Source: Balneolaceae bacterium
GTDB lineage: Bacteria; Bacteroidota; Rhodothermia; Balneolales; Balneolaceae
DNA length: 64,000 bases
Assembly: GCA_040222455.1 (NCBI GenBank)
Contig: JAVKDD010000033.1
Location: 180,671-244,670, forward strand
Direction: 5' to 3'
Position numbers and translations under genes: made by a program. Positions 58,401 to 64,000 of the stretch are shown piece after piece (the stretch's first letter is position 1; each line of letters starts with the position of its first letter). Below the pieces are notes generated by a model. The model was not told the DNA's origin. It saw only the letters and a list, made by a program, of their open reading frames with translations, and made no database searches.

Positions 58401-58494
58401 CAGAATATGTTTTAAAATCATATTTCTGTGTATACCCGGCCATGTAACCCAAAAAGAGAAAATTGGCAAGTAAAAAAAGTCTTTTAACAATCAA
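55474..58494 (-). CDS. Sensor histidine kinase with periplasmic two-component-regulator propeller repeats / Y_Y_Y domain and a HisKA_2-type kinase core
   Basis: 1006 aa with many repeats of the type D..G..W.gT..Gl..yd. A Y_Y_Y-like YKYKLEGFDTQW is followed by one TM helix. The H-box is EIHHRVKNNLAVVSGLLELQ, followed by a HATPase C-terminus. Confidence 0.8.
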   Translation of the reverse strand: MIVKRLFLLANFLFLGYMAGYTQKYDFKTYSVNDGLPSSFVYDVIIDDQGLVWFATTNGLVKYDGKNYQNYTSEDGLNDELINDIYKDQDNDLWAVTELGGVFKFEENRFIKVPELSVLDTLLIHYMSDGVDGKIWFGSDKNGVYEWEKGGELTKVLSTENGLPSNQIWDLTQDGDGNFWVSTSKGIARYEPSEGITYTLTSNSGLSGEFAYQVFESSNGDKWVPTSDGITIIKPDFSIETIKNINGTKLGYVFSISEDDNGSIWIGTERNGLFIYDGVSFIQIKKRNGLSSNFIYRLVKDDEGTIWIATDGDGVSILKDQNFLIYDSGSALNANSVFSTLLHSDGSIWVGTENGISKLENNQFFNYSIPKEYFDEGEIWDIEELPNGNIIMLSLDYDIIEFDGTNFFRPKFFEEIYEYYISDIFIDKEDGSIWFAAFDMLLRYKEGEITKFPPPDKVFWQTDLISIDKDSREYYWIGTHSGLAHFDGKSFNYLTSKEGLEGGNIFDVEEDKNGNIWVGTNKGIFILSDFDEKGMPTKILPFRTLDLYMQETIFLQFDKNGNLWQATNGGINYFDLNNWEFGQMAPQEHYAFNDYGHGIEFNGHASVLEEDGSLWFGSNSKGLVKVESTFSNTKNSRKGAPNVYLREILVNNELVYDQLKNDLSTNDLVLGYDNNNIEIRFNGIDHKNPNRIIYKYKLEGFDTQWESSTNLSDVRYTHIPPGEYKFFVQTKSIKSSWGEPVLLTTFEIENPYWRTIPFYFLVGLTFVLAIFILVRITAEKIEKKQLKILVEEKTKDLQSALNEKEVLIKEIHHRVKNNLAVVSGLLELQSWNIPEGDAKKAIQESKLRVLAMSKIHENLYQNKDLARVDFNKFLKELVLSISATMRNPNCEVEVKLESTQTHINVNIGIPIGLIVNELLSNCYKHAFNEVKIGEVFINFEDHDSYYTMIIRDNGIGSTENILETNQDSLGISLVHSLCSQIGANIKYNGVNGSCFELIIPKNKKRS

Positions 58495-58637
58495 TCCAGT
58501 TAACCCCTCGCTTATTTATAACTTTATCAACATATAAAAATTCTGGATTTTAATTCGTTTAATAATAGCCAATAACTTTTACCAATAATTTATAAATCAT
58601 GTAGTATTATCTGACACAGTTTAACCAATTTAAAATT

Positions 58638-61600
58638 ATGCGCGCATATCTTCTTATTATTTTTTCTCTTTTGTTAGCACAAACTATGTTTGCTCAAGAT
58701 AAATGGGATGTTTCGAACCCTGAACTCGGCAACACAACATCACTTTCATTTACAACTGACGAAGGCACCTGGATGAATTTGGATGTTAGTCCCGATGGAA
58801 AACATATAATATTCGATTTACTAGGTGATATTTATTCCATTCCTATTTCAGGCGGTAAAGCCACACTATTAAGAGGTGGTCATGCTTTTGAAGTGCAACC
58901 TCGATTCAGCCCTGACGGTAATCATATTTCTTTTACAAGTGATGCAGGTGGAGGAGATAATATTTGGGTTATGAATGCTGATGGTTCTAATGCAAAACAA
59001 ATTACTGAAGAGAACTTCCGACTCCTCAATAATTCAACCTGGACCCCAGATGGTGAGTATATCATCGCAAAAAAACACTTTTCCTCTTCTCGTTCTTTGG
59101 GAGCTGGTGAAATTTGGATATTTCATAAAAGTGGTGGTAGTGGAATACAATTAGTAGAGAAAAAAAATGAACAACAAGATATAGGAGAGCCTTCAGTATC
59201 GCCAGATGGTAGATACATATACTACAGTGAGGATAATTATCCGGGTGGGTTTTTCCAGTATAACAAAGATCCAAATTCTCAGATATATGTAATCAGAAAA
59301 TACGATCGGGAAGATGGAGATATTGAAACAGTAACTGGAGGAAATGGAGGAGCTGCGCGACCTCAAATTTCTCCTGATGGAAAAAAACTCGCTTTTGTAC
59401 GAAGAGTTAGAACTAAATCTGTGCTTTATTTAAGGGATTTAAAGTCAGGTTTGGAGAAACCACTTTTCGAAAACTTAAGTAAAGATCAGCAGGAAGCATG
59501 GGCTATTTTTGGAGTATATACTAACTTTAACTGGACTCCAGATGGAAACCATATTATAGTTTGGGCAAATGGGAAAATTAACAAAATTGATACAAAATCT
59601 GGTGAATCAACGATCATCCCATTTGAGGTAGAGTCAAATCATTCTATTGTTGAAGCTGCTCGTTTTAAGCAGGATGTTGCTCCTGAAAAATTTACTACAA
59701 ATGCGATCAGAAACGCTGTTACCTCTCCTGATGGTAAAACAGTTGCCTTCAGTGCCGCTGGGTTCCTATGGACAAAATCACTTTCAAATGGTGAACCTGT
59801 TAGATTAACGAATGGCACTGATTTTGAGTTTGAACCTAGCTTCTCGCCTGATGGCAATACTCTTGCCTATGTTTCTTGGAGTGATACTGAAATGGGGGCA
59901 GTAAATGTAGTCAATCTTAGAACTCGTGATAGATTTAAGAAACCTACTAAACTAACTTCAGAAAAAGGAATTTACCGCGAGCCTTCTTTCTCACCAGACG
60001 GAAATACAATTGTTTATCGCAAAGAAAGCGGAAATGGTCAACAAGGATTTGCTTATACCTTAGATCCTGGAATTTATACTATACCTACGAAAGGAGGTAC
60101 TTCAAAAATGATTGCAGAATCGGGTAATTGGCCGCGTTTTAGTGTTGATGGATCACGAATTTTCTTTCAAACAGGAGGATATATTTTTGGAGCTATCGAT
60201 AAAACTTATCGAAGTGTAAATCTTCAAGGTGAAGATGAAAAAACACACTTTACATCAAAATATGGACATGAATTTGTGCCAAGTCCAGATAATAAGTGGA
60301 TCGCATTTTCTAATTTATACAAAGTATACATCGCCCCAATGACGATGACAGGGAAGGCGATCGAGTTATCGCCATCCACAAAAAGTATTCCCGTTCGGGA
60401 AGTTTCCAGCGAAGGTGGCTATCACATGCATTGGTCTTCAGATAGTAAAAAACTTATGTGGACGCTCGGTCAAGAATACTTTGCCGTAGATTTAAAGGAT
60501 AACTTTACCTTTATAGAAGGTGCTCCAGACAGTTTACCAGAACCTCCTAAAACAGGAATGAATATCGGAGTAGAATTAGATACTTATGTTCCAGAGGGTA
60601 CTATTGCATTTACGAACGCACGTATTATAACGATGGAAGGTGATAATGTAATTGAAAGTGGAACTATTCTTGTTGAAGGAAATCGAATTACAGCTATCGG
60701 ATCTAATGTATCAATACCTTTGGGTGCAAAAGTTATGGACGTTTCCGGAAAAACTATTATGCCTGGAATAGTGGATGCACATGCTCATTTAGGTAATTTT
60801 AGATTAGGACTCAGCCCTCAACAACAATGGGAATATGTAGCTAATTTAGCGTATGGAGTTACGACGGCTCACGATCCTTCTTCTAATTCTGAAATGGTGT
60901 TTTCACATTCTGAAGCAATAAAAGCAGGAAACATGATAGGTCCAAGAGTGTACTCAACAGGTGTAATTTTATACGGAGCTGATGGCGCTTTCAAAGCAAC
61001 CATTAACAATTATGAAGATGCTCTTTTTGCATTAAAACGAACTAAAGCATTTGGTGCCTTTTCAGTAAAAAGTTACAATCAGCCAAGAAGAGATCAACGC
61101 CAGCAGGTTATAAAAGCTGCGAAAGCCCTTGAAATGATGGTTGTACCCGAAGGTGGATCTTTTTTCTTTCATAATATGAGTATGATTTTAGACGGACATA
61201 CAGGTATTGAGCATAATATACCTGTAGTACCACTTTATAAAGATGTTCGTGAGCTTTGGAGTAATTCAGGTTCTGGGTATACGCCAACTCACATTGTAAA
61301 TTATGGAAGTATGAGCGGTGAGTTTTACTTCTATCAAAAATACGATGTTTGGGAAAATGAGAAATTACTTACGTTTACACCAAGAAGTATTATCGATGCT
61401 CGTTCACGCCACAGAACAATGATTCCTGATGAAGAATATGATCATGGTCATATAAAAACCGCTGAATCTTCTAAGCTTTTAACTGATGCAGGAGTAAAAG
61501 TAAATCTTGGCGCTCATGGTCAACTTCAAGGACTTGGAGCACATTGGGAACTTTGGATGATGAGTCAGGGTGGAATGACAAATATGGAAGCACTTAGAGT

Positions 61601-61910
61601 TGCTACTCTTAATGGTGCTCATTATTTAGGACTTGACGATGATATAGGTTCTTTAGAAGTGGGAAAACTAGCTGATTTGATTGTACTGGACAGAAATCCA
61701 TTAGAGGATATCAATAACACAAATACTGTACGGTATACTATGGTAAATGGTCGCCTGTTTGATGCATCAACTATGAATGAGATTGGAAATCAAACTAAAG
61801 AACGACTTCCATTCTGGTGGGAAAGAGATGGGTATGGCGAACAATTTGACTGGCACGCTATCACCCTTGAAGCTGCCGGATTGCAGTGTTCATGTTTTGC
61901 AAGACATTAA
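58638..61910 (+). CDS. PD40 (TolB-like) beta-propeller protein fused to an amidohydrolase domain
   Basis: 1090 aa with a signal peptide and multiple (F/V)SPDG repeats. The C-terminal amidohydrolase part is IMPGIVDAHAHLG...GIEHNIP...GAHGQLQGLGAHWELW...GSLEVGKLADLIVLD. Confidence 0.8.
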   Translation: MRAYLLIIFSLLLAQTMFAQDKWDVSNPELGNTTSLSFTTDEGTWMNLDVSPDGKHIIFDLLGDIYSIPISGGKATLLRGGHAFEVQPRFSPDGNHISFTSDAGGGDNIWVMNADGSNAKQITEENFRLLNNSTWTPDGEYIIAKKHFSSSRSLGAGEIWIFHKSGGSGIQLVEKKNEQQDIGEPSVSPDGRYIYYSEDNYPGGFFQYNKDPNSQIYVIRKYDREDGDIETVTGGNGGAARPQISPDGKKLAFVRRVRTKSVLYLRDLKSGLEKPLFENLSKDQQEAWAIFGVYTNFNWTPDGNHIIVWANGKINKIDTKSGESTIIPFEVESNHSIVEAARFKQDVAPEKFTTNAIRNAVTSPDGKTVAFSAAGFLWTKSLSNGEPVRLTNGTDFEFEPSFSPDGNTLAYVSWSDTEMGAVNVVNLRTRDRFKKPTKLTSEKGIYREPSFSPDGNTIVYRKESGNGQQGFAYTLDPGIYTIPTKGGTSKMIAESGNWPRFSVDGSRIFFQTGGYIFGAIDKTYRSVNLQGEDEKTHFTSKYGHEFVPSPDNKWIAFSNLYKVYIAPMTMTGKAIELSPSTKSIPVREVSSEGGYHMHWSSDSKKLMWTLGQEYFAVDLKDNFTFIEGAPDSLPEPPKTGMNIGVELDTYVPEGTIAFTNARIITMEGDNVIESGTILVEGNRITAIGSNVSIPLGAKVMDVSGKTIMPGIVDAHAHLGNFRLGLSPQQQWEYVANLAYGVTTAHDPSSNSEMVFSHSEAIKAGNMIGPRVYSTGVILYGADGAFKATINNYEDALFALKRTKAFGAFSVKSYNQPRRDQRQQVIKAAKALEMMVVPEGGSFFFHNMSMILDGHTGIEHNIPVVPLYKDVRELWSNSGSGYTPTHIVNYGSMSGEFYFYQKYDVWENEKLLTFTPRSIIDARSRHRTMIPDEEYDHGHIKTAESSKLLTDAGVKVNLGAHGQLQGLGAHWELWMMSQGGMTNMEALRVATLNGAHYLGLDDDIGSLEVGKLADLIVLDRNPLEDINNTNTVRYTMVNGRLFDASTMNEIGNQTKERLPFWWERDGYGEQFDWHAITLEAAGLQCSCFARH

Positions 61911-61942
61911 AGTCTGAAATAAATATTCTACATATCTTTGAA

Positions 61943-61969
61943 AGCCGTGAAAAATTCACGGCTTTTTTA
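61943..61969 (+). terminator. Rho-independent terminator after the amidohydrolase gene
   Basis: A perfect 9-bp stem, AGCCGTGAA (61943-61951) paired with TTCACGGCT (61955-61963), around a 3-nt loop, followed by a T-run. Confidence 0.8.
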
Positions 61970-61992
61970 TTAAACAAATAATTTACTACACC

Positions 61993-62895
61993 ATTAAACA
62001 AAAGAACTTTCCAGCGATTCTCATTGCTGCAATAGGTGTTATTCTTTTTTCAACAAAAGCAGTACTTATAAAACTAGCTTATCAGTACGATGTGGATTCT
62101 ATAAGCCTGCTATTACTTAGGATGTTGTTTTCTCTACCTTTCTATTTATTGATATGGGCAATTCACCGGGCTAGATGGAAAAATCAACCAGTTTCAAAAA
62201 AAGACACTTTTTTAATCGTATTTCTAGGTTTGGTAGGTTACTATTTAGCTAGTTATTTCGATTTCAGAGGTCTAACCTTAATTTCGGCAAGTCTTGAGCG
62301 ACTCATATTATTCAGTTACCCAACTATTGTACTCATTCTAAGCGTTTTCATACTTAAGAAAAAAATTACAAGGGTCCAGCTTGTTTCGATATTCGTTACT
62401 TACTTAGGAATTTTAGTCATTTTTTTAGATCGGGGTGGCATCGCTGCAGGAAATACGGAAGATTTATTTTTGGGAGCTTCCTTTATCTTGCTAAGCGCTT
62501 TTACTTATGCTCTTTATCTGGTTGGAAGTAATCTTATTATTGGAAAAGTGGGGAGTGTTCGATTAACTACTTTTTCAATGCTTATATCATGCCTTGCTGT
62601 AATTCTTCACTACCTTACTACCTCCAAAATTGATCTTTTGAGCTATCCAAAAGAAGTATATTTGCTAAGCTTTCTGATGGCTGTTTTTGCAACCGTTATT
62701 CCATCATTTCTAATTAATGAAGCAATTAAAAGAATCGGTGCTCCTACCGTTTCAATTATAGGAAGTTTAGGTCCTGTCTCTACCATTACGCTTTCAATGA
62801 TTTTTTTAGGGGAGATGCTAACACTTATTCAATTTGGTGGAGCTGTAATTATCATTTCTGGAGTCATGATTATCAGTAAATCAAAAAGAAAGTGA
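61993..62895 (+). CDS. EamA/DMT-family transporter; the 5' end is uncertain because the first TM helix lies upstream of the first canonical start
   Basis: The track ORF starts at GTG 62092. The same frame is open from 61951 and encodes FPAILIAAIGVILFSTKAVLIKLAY, a typical EamA first helix. About 10 hydrophobic segments are present in total. The nominal start given here is ATT 61993. Confidence 0.7.
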   Translation: MKQKNFPAILIAAIGVILFSTKAVLIKLAYQYDVDSISLLLLRMLFSLPFYLLIWAIHRARWKNQPVSKKDTFLIVFLGLVGYYLASYFDFRGLTLISASLERLILFSYPTIVLILSVFILKKKITRVQLVSIFVTYLGILVIFLDRGGIAAGNTEDLFLGASFILLSAFTYALYLVGSNLIIGKVGSVRLTTFSMLISCLAVILHYLTTSKIDLLSYPKEVYLLSFLMAVFATVIPSFLINEAIKRIGAPTVSIIGSLGPVSTITLSMIFLGEMLTLIQFGGAVIIISGVMIISKSKRK

Positions 62896-63036
62896 TTGTT
62901 AGACTTTATTGTTCTCTTTCTTTTAAGAACTCTATCATAGTTTGGGATAATCACTTCTGAAAGAATGCAAAATCAGCTTTCCTTCTTCAATTCGAAATAG
63001 GATTTGAGGTTTTCCAATTATTCTTTAAAATCAACC

Positions 63037-63777
63037 ATGATCAATTGCAATAACTGCAATACAGAATTTGAAGGCAATTTCTGCCCTAATTGTGGACAGA
63101 AACTGAATAGTGGAAGAATAATTTTCAAGGAATCAATGCGTGATGTACTCGAGCATTACTTTGATTTTGATGCACCACTTTTTCGAACCATAACTGGTCT
63201 AATAACCCGTCCGGGAACAGTAATTCGAGAATATATATTTGGGAAAAGAAAAAAGTACGCTCATCCCATTCGCTACTATATATTAGTTTTGGCAGTATAT
63301 TTGATTATTCAAAGTTTAATCGACTTTGACCCAATTAAAACTGTTGGGGAAATACTGGGGGTTAATGAACAACCCAACCCAGATAGCCCTCAAACCAAAG
63401 GCTCTTACTTTTTTAGAAATAATATTAATCTATTTCTGTTATTCTTTGCCTTCTTCCTGGCTTTATTTAACAAACTCTTCTTTAGAAAATCCGGAATTTA
63501 TTTCGTTGAATATTTAGCACTCGGATTTTATGTCGTAGCCCAATACATTTTTTTCAGCCTATTTATAGTTCTTGCTAGCTCCATCTCTTCTTATTTCTTC
63601 CTTTTAAATTATCTTCTGGTCTTAATCTATCCAGTATATGTAATTTTCAAATTTCATCAAGGCAAATGGTATTGGATAATGATAAAGGCTTTTATATTAA
63701 ACTTATTTGCGTGGGTGTTTTATGTAATCCTCGGACAATTTGTTTCTATTTTTATAGTCATTTTATTTGGGCTATAA
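63037..63777 (+). CDS. DUF3667-like protein (N-terminal zinc ribbon + multi-pass membrane domain)
   Basis: ATG 63037 gives MINCNNCNTEFEGNFCPNCGQ. This is followed by ...YIFGKRKKYAHPIRYYIL... and several TM helices, consistent with my memory of DUF3667. Confidence 0.55.
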   Translation: MINCNNCNTEFEGNFCPNCGQKLNSGRIIFKESMRDVLEHYFDFDAPLFRTITGLITRPGTVIREYIFGKRKKYAHPIRYYILVLAVYLIIQSLIDFDPIKTVGEILGVNEQPNPDSPQTKGSYFFRNNINLFLLFFAFFLALFNKLFFRKSGIYFVEYLALGFYVVAQYIFFSLFIVLASSISSYFFLLNYLLVLIYPVYVIFKFHQGKWYWIMIKAFILNLFAWVFYVILGQFVSIFIVILFGL

Positions 63778-63870
63778 CTTTCAAAATTGTCTGGCTATTC
63801 TACATAACAGACATGTTTTCAAGTCTTTTCATGAAGTGATACATGGAACATGCTTTCAGTAAATAAAAGC

Positions 63871-64000
63871 CTATACTTTTTGAAATCTTATATTTATTTG
63901 AGTACCCGTTCCCTCAGAGTTCTGCCTAAACTTGTATTTACCTTTTAACTGAGAGACCAACGTATTGATAAGTGTTTTACCTAACGAGCTACGATTTGAG
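63871..64000 (-). CDS. C-terminal end of a histidine-kinase-like protein (partial; the gene continues beyond the right edge)
   Basis: My minus-strand translation gives SNRSSLGKTLINTLVSQLKGKYKFRQNSEGTGTQINIRFQKV, with the stop codon at 63873-63871. It resembles the G2-box/C-terminal strand of the HATPase domain. The call is weak because only about 42 aa are visible. Confidence 0.35.
   Translation of the reverse strand, partial: SNRSSLGKTLINTLVSQLKGKYKFRQNSEGTGTQINIRFQKV

Noticed and set aside
55474-58494. Large propeller/Y_Y_Y histidine kinase without an adjacent response regulator.
   Set aside because: Orphan hybrid or propeller sensor kinases of this architecture are very common in FCB-group genomes. 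Nothing in the flanks suggests a novel circuit.
1-64000. Window-wide look for CRISPR repeats, IS elements or transposases, integrases, tRNA/rRNA genes, toxin-antitoxin pairs and known defence genes.
   Set aside because: None were found. No regularly spaced direct repeats were visible, and every ORF over 100 aa outside shadow positions is accounted for by the features listed. A computational repeat, tRNA and HMM scan would be needed to be certain.

Overview
This is a low-GC window with densely packed genes and almost no non-coding DNA. It looks like chromosome from an FCB-group bacterium (Bacteroidota/Balneolota-like). That inference rests on type IX secretion (T9SS) components (PorU, PorV, a PorV/PorQ-like barrel, a DUF4835 protein) and three proteins ending in T9SS C-terminal sorting domains. 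I saw no rRNA, tRNA, CRISPR array, transposase, integrase or recognisable phage or defence gene.

Content from left to right:
- **1-7.5 kb:** a polysaccharide export locus (Wzz-like, multi-SLBB Wza-like). It is followed by a translationally coupled pair: a ComEA-like HhH protein with a beta-rich body, and a small PorV/PorQ-like barrel.
- **7.6-14 kb:** etfB-etfA-fixC-[four-helix-bundle gene]-fixX, then two acyl-CoA dehydrogenases.
- **14-25 kb:** a CotH/LTD T9SS cargo, a di-haem cytochrome c peroxidase interrupted by one in-frame TAG, lexA, and rplU-rpmA.
- **25-33 kb:** housekeeping enzymes.
- **33-47 kb:** porU-porV, followed without gaps by three uncharacterised large genes, a PASTA protein and rpe.
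- **47-64 kb:** a phoH-MBL-PNP-membrane protein operon, M24 and M61 peptidases, a propeller/Y_Y_Y histidine kinase, a PD40-amidohydrolase, an EamA transporter and a DUF3667 protein.

I do not see a clear-cut new system of a named type. The best candidates for undescribed biology are:
1. The extended porU-porV module. It carries a T9SS-sorted M6-like protein whose HEXXH motif is destroyed, and a gluzincin + PD40 propeller + C-terminal beta-rich domain protein.
2. The HhH-barrel/PorQ-like pair embedded in the polysaccharide export locus.
3. The four-helix-bundle cassette with complementary purine/pyrimidine arms inserted between fixC and fixX.
4. Two genes (phoH, eamA) whose conserved N-termini lie upstream of any canonical start codon.

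All functional calls come from motif recognition by eye on the translations. No database search was run.
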